64,000 nucleotides of DNA from contig CAWAUM010000005.1 in NCBI GenBank assembly GCA_963785235.1, positions 32,001 to 96,000 on the forward strand, read 5' to 3'. Made by a program: the position numbers and the translations under genes. Of this stretch, positions 51,377 through 60,850 are shown piece by piece. Below the pieces are notes generated by a model, which saw nothing but the letters and a program-made list of their open reading frames with translations, was not told the DNA's origin and did no database searches. The DNA comes from an uncultured delta proteobacterium. GTDB taxonomy: Bacteria > Desulfobacterota > Desulfomonilia > UBA1062. How positions within the stretch are numbered: position 1 is the first letter of the stretch; the number at the start of each line of letters is the position of its first letter.

Positions 51377-52045
51377 ATGAAAAGGAGTCAAGTTATGATG
51401 AGATCTGCTTGGATTGCGGTGGTGCTGACTGTTTTTTTTGTAGGTATCCTTCACGCTGAAGAACCGTGGACGCTTGCCAAAGAGGCTGAAGGCATAAAGG
51501 TTTTTACCAGGTCTGTGCCCGGCTCTGCAGCCAATGAGTTCAAGGGTATTGCTGAAATCGATGCACCCATTGAGGTGGTCGTGGAGGTCTTCAAGGATAT
51601 CCCTTCATTCACCCAGTGGTACGGCTTCTGTAAGGAGATAAAGCTCCTCAAGCATGACACGGAGAACCACAGGGTAATGTACTTTGTGTTGAAAACCATG
51701 GGCCCTGTAAAAGACCGTGACCTTGTGATGGAGGCTTTTGACAAGTTTGATAAACAAGCAGGCAAGAACACAATTGCCATTAAAGCCCTCAAGGAAGAAC
51801 TCGTTCCCATACAGGACAAGTACGTCCGTATGACGGATCTGAATGCCACTTATTCCATGGACCGTATAGACCAGGACAAGACGCATGTGGTCTACACCGT
51901 CAAGGCCGACCCGGCAGGCTACATACCTGCCTTCATATCGAATATCATCCAGAAAGACCAACCATTCCTCACCTTGAAGGGACTCAGAGAGATGGTCAAG
52001 AAGGACATGTATTACCAGAAGGCCGGGATCGTCCGGAAGAAGTGA
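51377..52045 (+). CDS. Secreted START-domain lipid-binding protein
   Basis: Signal peptide; W...EGIKVFTR, PVKDRD, DPAGYIP. Confidence 0.75.
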   Translation: MKRSQVMMRSAWIAVVLTVFFVGILHAEEPWTLAKEAEGIKVFTRSVPGSAANEFKGIAEIDAPIEVVVEVFKDIPSFTQWYGFCKEIKLLKHDTENHRVMYFVLKTMGPVKDRDLVMEAFDKFDKQAGKNTIAIKALKEELVPIQDKYVRMTDLNATYSMDRIDQDKTHVVYTVKADPAGYIPAFISNIIQKDQPFLTLKGLREMVKKDMYYQKAGIVRKK

Positions 52046-52097
52046 TCGAGCAGAAGAATTACCGCACAAAGTATCGTTTTATGGAGGGCCTTGAGGC

Positions 52098-52643
52098 ATG
52101 GTTGATACTCCCGGACATGCGTCCCCAATGAAAACCTTCCGGTATTGCCCCGGCTGTGGGGCAAAGGGGATAGCCCTCCGGGGCGATCGATCGGTATTAT
52201 GTAAAAAATGCGGCTATCACTTCTATTTTAATATTGCAGCAGCGGTGGCCGGTCTTATAGAAGACGATATGGGCAGACTCCTTCTGACTGTTCGAGCCCA
52301 TGACCCGAAAAAAGGCGCCCTGGATCTGCCAGGCGGATTTGTTGATCGTGATGAAACTGCCGAGGATGCACTGAAAAGGGAGATAAAAGAAGAGCTGAAC
52401 CTCAAGGTAAAGATGTGTTCCTATTTCAAATCATTCCCCAACACCTACACCTATGACAGCATCACCTACAAGACCCTTGATTTCGCCTTTGCCTGCGAAG
52501 TGGAATCTTTCAAGGATCAGAAGCTTTCGGAAGAAATACATGACGTTCAATTTATTAAAACTGCTGATATTGACCTGAACAGCATCGGCTTCGATTCCAT
52601 CAGAAATATCGTTTCATCATATTTACAATTAAAAAAACGATAA
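52098..52643 (+). CDS. Zinc-ribbon NUDIX hydrolase
   Basis: YCPGCG...CKKCG; LPGGFVDRDETAEDALKREIKEE. Confidence 0.88.
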   Translation: MVDTPGHASPMKTFRYCPGCGAKGIALRGDRSVLCKKCGYHFYFNIAAAVAGLIEDDMGRLLLTVRAHDPKKGALDLPGGFVDRDETAEDALKREIKEELNLKVKMCSYFKSFPNTYTYDSITYKTLDFAFACEVESFKDQKLSEEIHDVQFIKTADIDLNSIGFDSIRNIVSSYLQLKKR

Positions 52644-52685
52644 CCCATCCGCAGCTGCTAAAGCGTGCCGGATGGATGGAAGGAG

Positions 52686-52931
52686 ATGAGGTTGTCAAAA
52701 TTCTTCATCGAAATTTTACCCGAGCACTGCACGGGCTGCCTGAGATGCCAGCTGGCATGCTCTGAACAGTATACCAGAACCTTTAACCCGTCAGCGGCAC
52801 ACATACAGGTTGTCCTTAAAGGACCTGACTGCGAGATTTTCTTCACACCCGAATGCACCGGATGCGGTATCTGCGTAGACCACTGTTTCTATGATGCCCT
52901 GGTGAAGAAAGAACAGATGGTGAAATCATGA
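52686..52931 (+). CDS. Small 2x[4Fe-4S] ferredoxin-like partner of the AOR-family enzyme
   Basis: CTGCLRCQLAC and CTGCGICVDHC; ATGA overlap with the next gene. Confidence 0.82.
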   Translation: MRLSKFFIEILPEHCTGCLRCQLACSEQYTRTFNPSAAHIQVVLKGPDCEIFFTPECTGCGICVDHCFYDALVKKEQMVKS

Positions 52932-54826
52932 CCAGGGGAGGGTTTGCGGGCAGAATACTGGTTGTGGACCTGACAGACAAAACTATTCATAAGATCCCGC
53001 TGGATATGGTTATGGCAGAGCATTTCGGTGGCGGGCTGGGCCTGTGTATCAAGCTTGCCTACGACATACTCGATCCCCTATGCCATGCCTTGTCACCTGA
53101 GAATGCCATTGTCTTGGGCGCCGGGCCTCTTGTGGGGACCAGTCTTCCTGCCTCTTCACGGGTTTACGGTGTTACCAGGTTCCCGGGCAGCTCACGGATC
53201 GGCTGGTGCGGTGGAGGAGGCATGGCATTCGGCTGCCTCCTGAAGAATGCGGGATACGACCATATTATTATCAAGGGAAGCTCAAGCACACCCGTATACC
53301 TGAAGATTGTGGACGATGACATTGAGATCCGTGATGCCGCACAGTTGTGGGGAAAGGGCATTGGTGAAACGAACGAGCAGCTCCTGGATCAGCACGGAAG
53401 GCCTGCAGGCGTGATCTCCATCGGACAGGCAGGCGAGAATCGGGTTTCCTTTTCCATGGCCTATATCGACCGGATCTCTACTCTCGGAAGGGGCGGGTTC
53501 GGTGCAGTGATGGGTTCGAAAAACCTCAAGGCCATCGTGGTCAAAGGAACCAGGGGCATCCATGTTGCCGATTCCTCTTCCTACAGGGCCTTGAGCAGGG
53601 ATATCCTCGTGAAGATCCGGGCATATCCATACCTCAAGGAATGGCAGGACCTGGGCCTCCTCAAGTCGCTCCCCGTTGTGCCAAAGGGTGTTTACCATGG
53701 TCTCAAGCTTAGGAGGATTGCCTGTGTATCATGCCCCATCGGAGACAAGGACCTGATAAGGATCGGTGGTGCCGGATCGGAACAATTCATATGCTCAAGT
53801 TCTGCCGTGAATCTCTTCATGCCGCTTGTCTATGGATTCAAAGACCCCCTTGAGGCTGCAAGGTGTATTGCCGCGCTTGATGATTACGGCCTGGACATGT
53901 TCGAGTTCTTCGGCATCATGGCCTTTGCCAGGGTATTGCAGGACCAGGGCATCATACCTTCGGAAGATCTCTTCGACGTGACCTCACTATCATCCATGGG
54001 GACATGGGCAGGCAGGATCAGTAAAAGGGAAGGGCTGGGCCGTGTCCTGGCAGATGGCTTCAACGGCATGTTCAGTCATTTCGGCAGCCTGGCCGAGGGC
54101 CTTGCTCCGTGCACAGCAAAGGGGATGCTCACCTATGTAGGGCCGAACGGGCCGCTGCCATGGAACCTGTTCGGGAGCATGGAACTGGGACAGATCATGG
54201 ACCCGCGCGGTCCGCACGTAGGGGCCGGCGGGTCGCCCACATATTTTGCCAAACGGAGTCTTGATGTCTTCCCCCAGCACTTAAGGCGCATGGGGATGCC
54301 TGAAGAGGCTATCTCGCGCATACTCCCCGGTTCAGCTGCATCGCATAAATCCCAACCCATAACCTTACCGGGTGGACAGGATATGGGTGAGACGACCATT
54401 CCTGAACCTGAACAGGCATTGAAGATCGGCAGATTGCTGAAGTATTCCCACCAGTGGTTTACCATCCTGGGGAGCTTAGGCATATGTGCCAGGGCACAGA
54501 TCAATAGATTCTATGACGCCGGCCTGTGTGCGGAGCTCTATGAGGCGGTGACCGGGATCAAGACCGACCTCGATGCCCTCAGGATAAGGGCCGATCGTGC
54601 CTGGACCTTGTTGCATATGGCCAATGTCCGGGCAGGTTATTCAAGGAAAGACGACATAGTGCCTGAAAAGTGGTTCCAGGCCCCAGGGTTCCTGGAGTAT
54701 GTATCCGGCCGGCCATTGAACCCTGATGACGTGGAACGAATGATGGACGATTATTATGATGAGCAGGGGTGGGACAGTCAAACCGGGATCCCAACTCCGG
54801 AAAGATTGAAGGCGTTAGGGTTGTGA
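52928..54826 (+). CDS. Aldehyde:ferredoxin oxidoreductase (WOR)-family tungstopterin enzyme, divergent
   Basis: GRILVVDL, LKNAGYD, IGQAGE, GRGGFGAVMGSKNLKAI, DDYGLD, RGPH, YYDEQGWD...GIP. Confidence 0.85.
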   Translation: MTRGGFAGRILVVDLTDKTIHKIPLDMVMAEHFGGGLGLCIKLAYDILDPLCHALSPENAIVLGAGPLVGTSLPASSRVYGVTRFPGSSRIGWCGGGGMAFGCLLKNAGYDHIIIKGSSSTPVYLKIVDDDIEIRDAAQLWGKGIGETNEQLLDQHGRPAGVISIGQAGENRVSFSMAYIDRISTLGRGGFGAVMGSKNLKAIVVKGTRGIHVADSSSYRALSRDILVKIRAYPYLKEWQDLGLLKSLPVVPKGVYHGLKLRRIACVSCPIGDKDLIRIGGAGSEQFICSSSAVNLFMPLVYGFKDPLEAARCIAALDDYGLDMFEFFGIMAFARVLQDQGIIPSEDLFDVTSLSSMGTWAGRISKREGLGRVLADGFNGMFSHFGSLAEGLAPCTAKGMLTYVGPNGPLPWNLFGSMELGQIMDPRGPHVGAGGSPTYFAKRSLDVFPQHLRRMGMPEEAISRILPGSAASHKSQPITLPGGQDMGETTIPEPEQALKIGRLLKYSHQWFTILGSLGICARAQINRFYDAGLCAELYEAVTGIKTDLDALRIRADRAWTLLHMANVRAGYSRKDDIVPEKWFQAPGFLEYVSGRPLNPDDVERMMDDYYDEQGWDSQTGIPTPERLKALGL

Positions 54827-54869
54827 AATTAACCCTCTGCCTGGCGCCTATTTTCGGATCATTTCATTT

Positions 54870-54983
54870 GAGGTTATTACAAAACTTGATATAAGCTGTA
54901 ACCTCGTCACCCGCTTCCGTGGAGTTTGAACAGGTCGTAAAGATCCGGCCCCAACGTAGTTACGGTAGTCTTGCAATTGGCTC
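54870..54983. repeat. Degenerate third copy of the REP/MITE-like element
   Basis: Ends in TTGCAATTGGCTC like copy 1 and contains CCCGCTTCCG; the left end is only partly complementary. Confidence 0.4.
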
Positions 54984-55026
54984 TTCTGTGAATATAGTAA
55001 CTATATCATGATCGAGGAGGGATAAA

Positions 55027-55608
55027 ATGGGCGATACAGGGTTTGATTTTCAGGGTTTCATGAATGATACAAAAGATGTACTCATATCACCAAAGAATTA
55101 TTTTGCATCGATGCAGAAAACAGGCGGTTTTGTCGACCCCGTCATCCGGGCTGCCATCTATGGATTCATTGCCGGTATATTCATTTTCATGTGGGGATTT
55201 CTGCATTTCAGCGCATTGTGGATGTACGGCGGAGGGATGGGTATAACGTCTTTAATCGTTTTCCCCATTTATGCAGTGATAGGGCTTTTCATCGGGAGTG
55301 TCATACTCCTGATCATATCAGCGATCTGCGGCGGATCAACCGATTTCGAGGCAAATGTCAGAGTAACCGCCTCTCTCATGGCGCTTTACCCTATCCAGGC
55401 ACTCCTAACATTTACCTCAGGCATAAGTATGTATCTCGGTGCTGTCGTAATTCTCCTTGTTTCGCTCTACGGCTTGTGGCTGTGCTTCAACGCCCTGGTG
55501 CAGGCACTATCTGCCAAGGAGTCTACGGCAAAGATCATCATGATAATCTTCGCGGTCTTCCCTCTACTGGGCCTCATCAATACGATCACCTGCCATCATA
55601 TGCCATAG
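55027..55608 (+). CDS. Yip1-family membrane protein
   Basis: DVLISPKNYFASM...GG..P followed by five hydrophobic segments; GGSTDFEANVR. Confidence 0.75.
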   Translation: MGDTGFDFQGFMNDTKDVLISPKNYFASMQKTGGFVDPVIRAAIYGFIAGIFIFMWGFLHFSALWMYGGGMGITSLIVFPIYAVIGLFIGSVILLIISAICGGSTDFEANVRVTASLMALYPIQALLTFTSGISMYLGAVVILLVSLYGLWLCFNALVQALSAKESTAKIIMIIFAVFPLLGLINTITCHHMP

Positions 55609-55762
55609 GGCGTCGGCGCCTATTCCTGGGCTTGCCGCGTCCACGGTGAATCCTGGAAACCGCCGGTCTTTTTCTTTGAGCTCCTCTGCGTGATATTCAT
55701 CATATTCTCTTGTTGAAAAATATCAGCCATGTCATTATTCAGTGGCTGCCCCGACAACCCCC

Positions 55763-56284
55763 TTACGGCCTGTTAAACACCGCCAGCATGCCGTCTTTCC
55801 TTTCCAGACTGTACATAAAGTTAATGCCCATAGTTCCCTTCTGCCCGTTCAGGGAACCACCTTTGTCTCCCATCTGCATGATGTCTGTCTTCCAGCCTTT
55901 TTCCTTCAAGGCGCCGGCATAGCCCTTGATGTCATCCCCATTAATATCAGCCAAATAGATATTAAATGTCCATATGCCCCCTTCTTCGTTAGTTTTGACT
56001 ACGCGCTGGATTTTGCCTGCGGTGAATTGCGGGACATCCTTGATCATCTCTGCGGGCCATGTGGCGGTTTCCGCCATCTCGGTCTTGGAACCATTCTCTT
56101 CAATTTGAACTTTTTGAACTTTGCCACCTTGTATTTTCACATCCACGTTTTTGCCGGTGGCAAGCTCTAATGCCTTCTCAGCCATCTTTTCTTCGGAACT
56201 CTTTTGGCTGCAGGCAGTCATCAGAAACAGGCTCAATGTAAAAATGGCCACCATAATCCCGATCCATCTTTTATCTGATGCCAT
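55763..56284 (-). CDS. Hypothetical lipoprotein
   Basis: Signal peptide with lipobox MTAC; RBS AGGAGG. Confidence 0.65.
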   Translation of the reverse strand: MASDKRWIGIMVAIFTLSLFLMTACSQKSSEEKMAEKALELATGKNVDVKIQGGKVQKVQIEENGSKTEMAETATWPAEMIKDVPQFTAGKIQRVVKTNEEGGIWTFNIYLADINGDDIKGYAGALKEKGWKTDIMQMGDKGGSLNGQKGTMGINFMYSLERKDGMLAVFNRP

Positions 56285-56506
56285 TTTCCCCCTCCTTTTA
56301 TTTGTATGAAACGAAGTACCTTCCAATCTTGTTGAAGGTTATCAAAGATTCCATGATGTGGTCTTACCGGGTGTAATCTCTTATGTTAATACCACGAGAA
56401 GTGTTCCAAATCTATATCAGAGTAGAGACCCTGCGATAGATCTTCAGTTCTCAATATAACAAAAGACTTATTTTCAACTTCAAAGGTATACTTGAGTATA
56501 ATGCAC

Positions 56507-57166
56507 CTATTTTTCGTTTTTATGGTGCTTGATCACCTGCCCCTTGACCATATAGATCACGTCCTCACAAATGTTGGTGGTGAGGTCTGCAATGCGCTCC
56601 AGGTTGCTTGCAATCTTCATGAGCTGCAGTGCCCGCTCGATGGTTGAGGGGTCTGATGTCATGAAGGTTATAAGCTCCCTGATGATCTGGGTGCGAAGGC
56701 CGTCTACAATGTTGTCCCGCTCGCATACGCTCCGCGCGAGCTCGGCATCCTCGTTGATAAAAGAGGTGATGCTGTCTGCAATCATGGTCTTCACCACATC
56801 CGCCATCCTGGGGATGTCGATGAGCGACTTAACCGGAGGCTGCTCAATGAGGAAGAGCCCGCTCTCGGCTATGGTTACGGCGTGGTCGCCTATCCGTTCC
56901 AGTGTGCTGTTGATGTGAAGGATCATGATGATGGTGCGTAGCGCCTTGCCTGTGGGCTGGTGCTGGGCGATTATTGATACGCTCTTTTCGTCGAGCTCGA
57001 TCTCGTAGGTGTTTGCCCTTGGTTCATCGAGCTGAATCACGTCATGAAGCAGATCCGGCTTCTTCACCTTCAGTCCGGTGATGCTCTGGTCCACCATGGA
57101 CTCCACCAGTGTTGCGAACTCCATGAGCGTCTTTTTCAAATTTATCAGTTTGGTCTCTTCTAACAT
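56507..57166 (-). CDS. phoU: Phosphate signalling protein PhoU
   Basis: QPTGKALR...LERIGDHA and NLERIADL..NICE repeats. Confidence 0.95.
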   Translation of the reverse strand: MLEETKLINLKKTLMEFATLVESMVDQSITGLKVKKPDLLHDVIQLDEPRANTYEIELDEKSVSIIAQHQPTGKALRTIIMILHINSTLERIGDHAVTIAESGLFLIEQPPVKSLIDIPRMADVVKTMIADSITSFINEDAELARSVCERDNIVDGLRTQIIRELITFMTSDPSTIERALQLMKIASNLERIADLTTNICEDVIYMVKGQVIKHHKNEK

Positions 57167-57175
57167 GAATGCTCC

Positions 57176-57937
57176 TTATCCGAATTTTCCGCTTAAATAT
57201 TCTTCTGTCATCCGCTGCCTGGGAACCGTGAAGATCTTTTCGGTACGGTCGTACTCGATGAGCTCGCCTATATACATGAATGCGGTGTAATCTGAAACAC
57301 GGGCCGCCTGCTGCATGTTGTGGGTGACAATCACAATGGTGTAGTCCTTTTTCAGCTCCAGGATCAGCTCCTCTATCTTGCGTGTGGAGATGGGGTCAAG
57401 ACTGGCGCAGGGTTCGTCAAACAGGATCACCTCGGGCTCGACCACCAGGCACCGTGCTATGCAGAGCCTCTGCTGCTGGCCGCCTGAGAGCTTGAGCGCA
57501 CTGTCGTTCAGGCGGTCTTTCACATCGTCATAAAGAGCTGCCTTTTTCAGCGAATCAATAACATGCTGTTCGATAAAGGACTTGTCCCTGATACCGCCGA
57601 TAATGAGTCCATAGGCCATGTTCTCGTAGATGGTCTTGGGGAAAGGATTCGGCTTCTGGAAGACCATGCCTACCCGGCGTCTCAGGTCCACCACATCGGT
57701 TTTCGGGTGGTTGATGTCAAGGCCGTCCATCAAGATCCGGCCTTCCACACGCGTTCCGGGAATGAGGTCGTTCATGCGGTTAATGAGTCTGATGAAGGTG
57801 GATTTGCCGCAGCCTGAAGGCCCGATAAAGGCGGTAACCTGTTTTTCATAGATATCCAGCGATATATCTTTTAATGCCTTGGTCTTTCCGTAGAAGAAAT
57901 TGATGTCGTGTGCGCTGATTTTTGTCTCAGGAGCCAT
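57176..57937 (-). CDS. pstB: Phosphate ABC ATPase
   Basis: [33 protein letters not shown]. Confidence 0.95.
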   Translation of the reverse strand: MAPETKISAHDINFFYGKTKALKDISLDIYEKQVTAFIGPSGCGKSTFIRLINRMNDLIPGTRVEGRILMDGLDINHPKTDVVDLRRRVGMVFQKPNPFPKTIYENMAYGLIIGGIRDKSFIEQHVIDSLKKAALYDDVKDRLNDSALKLSGGQQQRLCIARCLVVEPEVILFDEPCASLDPISTRKIEELILELKKDYTIVIVTHNMQQAARVSDYTAFMYIGELIEYDRTEKIFTVPRQRMTEEYLSGKFG

Positions 57938-58857
57938 AGGTAATCCTCTGTCTCTGTCTTAAGATAATGGCACATGCCGATATGGCAAGCACCAGTGCCA
58001 GCAGGATTAAGGCGCATCCATATGCGATGGTTGTCTGCACCTCAGGTCTGGTGCCCTCGGTCATGAGTGCATAGATGTGGTAGGGCAGGGCCATAACCTC
58101 GGAAAAAATGGAGTCCGGGTAGCCCCGCGTATAGAAGGTTGCTGCGGTAAACAGGATGGGAGCTGTCTCGCCTGCCACCCTGCCGATGTTTAAGATCACG
58201 CCCGGTGAGGATGCCCGGCAGGGCCGTGGGGAGCACCACCTTTTTGATGGTCTGCCAATGGGTGGCGCCCAGGGCGAGGGAGGCCTCCTTGTAGGACTGT
58301 GGGACGGCCAGGATCGCTTCCTGGGATGCGGAGATGATTCCGGGCAGGGCCATGATGCCAAGAGTCAGGCTGCCCGAGAGGATGCTCACCCCGAATCCGA
58401 ACAACTTCACAAAGACCGCGAATCCGAAAAGGCCGAACACTATGGAGGGGACACCTGCCAGATTGTTGATGGCCAGCCGAATGATATTTACCACAATGCT
58501 GCCGGGGCTGTATTCGCACAGGTAGATAGCGCTGGCCAGCCCAAGGGGCAGGGCAAAGGCAATGGCTCCAAGCGTGAGGTATAATGTACCCACAATGGCC
58601 GGAGCAACTCCGCCTTTAGTCATGGCCCTCCTGGGTACCTCGGTAAGGAACTCCCAGGAGATAACGGTTATTCCCCGTGAGAAGATGAAGTAGATGATGG
58701 AGCCTAAGAAAAACAGCGCCAAAAGGATGCAACCTATGAGGAATATGAATCCGAGGACCTGTGTGATGTCGGAAAGCCTGATGAGCTTTCGTTGTTGAAA
58801 GCTCCTTTCCGGACTTGTGCCTTCGAAGTTATCTGTGATGCCGTTTTGTGTCATCAT
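57927..58857 (-). CDS. pstA: Phosphate ABC permease (apparent frameshift at about 58200)
   Basis: [13 protein letters not shown] and [13 protein letters not shown]; [10 protein letters not shown] is in the second frame. Confidence 0.9.
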
Positions 58858-59765
58858 CTGCCGAGCCCCAGTTTTAGTCTGTACCTTCTGCTGATGATCT
58901 CTGCAGCGATATTTACACAAAGTGTGATCAGAAAGAGGATGAGTCCGATGGCAAAGAGCGCATTATAATGGAGGCTCCCCATCACGGCCTCGCCCATTTC
59001 TGCTGCTATGGTGGATGTCATGGGGCGAACCGGATCGAACATGCTTTTCGGCACCATGGCCGCGCCACCCGCCACCATGAGCACGGTCATGGTCTCGCCA
59101 ACGGCCCTGCCCATACCGAGGATAATGGCTGTGGAAATACCGGAACCCGCAGCAGGCATGACAACCTTGGTCAGTGTCTGCCACCGGTTGGCGCCGAGCG
59201 CCAGCGACGCCTCCCGGAAACTCCTGGGCACAAAGCTCAAGGCGTCTTCTGCAAGACTCGCCACCGTGGGGGTTGCCATGATTCCCAGCACCAGGCTCGC
59301 AGTGAAGGCGCACAGGCCTGTAGGTATACCGATGAGATCTTGCAGAAACGGGGCCACAATGACCATGCCGAAGAAACCGTACACGATGGAAGGGATGCCT
59401 GCCAGTATCTCGATGACAGGTTTCAGAAAAGCCCGTTGCCTATGGCTAGCAAGTTCATGGATGAACAGAGCTGTCCCTATACCGATGGGAACGCAGACCA
59501 CCATGGCGCCTGCCGTCACTGCGAATGAAGCTGCCACCAGGGGCCATATCCCGAATTCGGGCGGATCAAAGGTTGGATACCAGCTTTGTCCGAACAAGAA
59601 CGAGCCCGGGTTGACATGGGTGAAGATCGGCAATGATTCCCTGAGGAGGGTGAGGATTATGCCTACCAGGAACACGAGGGAAGTCAAGGCAAGAGTGGCA
59701 AAAACCCACTTATACATGCCCTCTTTTAAGGTTCTTAATGTTTTTGAGTTCACGATCAGGTTCAC
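58854..59765 (-). CDS. pstC: Phosphate ABC permease
   Basis: [33 protein letters not shown]. Confidence 0.93.
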   Translation of the reverse strand: MNLIVNSKTLRTLKEGMYKWVFATLALTSLVFLVGIILTLLRESLPIFTHVNPGSFLFGQSWYPTFDPPEFGIWPLVAASFAVTAGAMVVCVPIGIGTALFIHELASHRQRAFLKPVIEILAGIPSIVYGFFGMVIVAPFLQDLIGIPTGLCAFTASLVLGIMATPTVASLAEDALSFVPRSFREASLALGANRWQTLTKVVMPAAGSGISTAIILGMGRAVGETMTVLMVAGGAAMVPKSMFDPVRPMTSTIAAEMGEAVMGSLHYNALFAIGLILFLITLCVNIAAEIISRRYRLKLGLGR

Positions 59766-59772
59766 TTTTAAG

Positions 59773-59826
59773 AGTATAGAGATTGATTGTTAAGTTAGAG
59801 TTAAGATCGGGTGAATTCTTTGTTAA
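59773..59826 (-). promoter_or_regulatory. Four 11-bp-spaced Pho-box half-sites plus a -10 upstream of pstC
   Basis: Minus strand TTAACA, TTCACC, TTAACT, TTAACA at exact 11-nt periodicity, then TATACT. Confidence 0.65.
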
Positions 59827-59838
59827 TGATTCACAGAG

Positions 59839-59871
59839 CAGGGAGAAAGGGCAAGGAGCCCTTTCTCCCTG
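59839..59871 (-). terminator. 14-bp hairpin after pstS (terminator or stabiliser)
   Basis: CAGGGAGAAAGGGC-AAGGA-GCCCTTTCTCCCTG. Confidence 0.7.
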
Positions 59872-59882
59872 TAGTAATATGG

Positions 59883-60721
59883 CTATTTCAGAACATCGAC
59901 AAAACCTTCTTCCTCGACGAGTTTCTGTCCTTCCTTGCTCAGGATGAAATCGATGAACTTCTGGACATTTCCCGCTGGTTTGCCGTTCGTATACACATAC
60001 AGGTATCTGGAAAGGGGATATTTCTCGGACTGGATGGTCTGTTTGGTGCATTCGATCTTGTCCACAGTCACGGCTTTTACCTTCGGGGTCAGATAGCCAT
60101 GTCCCACATAGCCGATGGCGCCCGGTGTCTGTGCCACAATCTGGGCAACAGCCTGGTTGGATGCAGTAGTAAGGGCATCGGGCCGTACCTTTTCCTTATT
60201 CAGTGCAAGGATTTCGAATGCCTCATAGGTGCCGCTCGATGTATCGCGGTTTACGACAACGATCTTTGCATTCTTGCCGCCGAGTTCGGACCAGTTTGAT
60301 ATCTTACCCGTGTAGATATCCTTGATCTGGGCCTTGGTCAGTGCCTTTAACTGAATTGGTCGGGTGAACGATTACCGCAATGCCGTCCAGGGCTATAGCG
60401 ATCTCATTGGGAATAACCCCTGAGGCCTTTGCCCTTTTCGACTTCTTCGGTCTTTATCTTACGGGAGGAGGTGGCGATATCCGTAGTCTTGTCAAGGAGT
60501 GAGGCAATTCCTACACCCGAACCTCCCCCCTGAACCGAGATCTTTATGCCGGGGTTCTTCTCCATGAATACCTCGGAGGCAACTTGTGCTACCGGCAATA
60601 TGGTTGTCGAGCCCTTGATGGTGATCTCACTGCCTGCTGCATGTATTATTGAGGCGGGCATGGCTATGATAAGGGCTGCCATAATAAACCAAAGAGTTTT
60701 TAAGCTGATATTTGTTCTCAT
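59883..60721 (-). CDS. pstS: Phosphate-binding protein (two apparent frameshifts at about 60435 and about 60348)
   Basis: Three frame segments: KGSTT, GGGSGVGI, SSR; then IALDGIAVIVH; then SRDTSSGTY, GAIGYVG, YPLSRYLY. Confidence 0.9.
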
Positions 60722-60747
60722 GAAAATCCTCCACTTATTTTTTCTTT

Positions 60748-60802
60748 ATAATAGACATGGATAATCAACGAAGGATGAAGATTATGTTAATTTACTGTGA
60801 AG
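60748..60802 (-). promoter_or_regulatory. Three 11-bp-spaced Pho-box half-sites plus a -10 upstream of pstS
   Basis: Minus strand CTTCACAGTAA ATTAACATAAT CTTCATCCTTC, then TATTAT. Confidence 0.65.
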
Positions 60803-60850
60803 ATTGTTCTTTCTTGATGAGCAGGAGTTCCCCATTCAGGTGTGGGTGCT

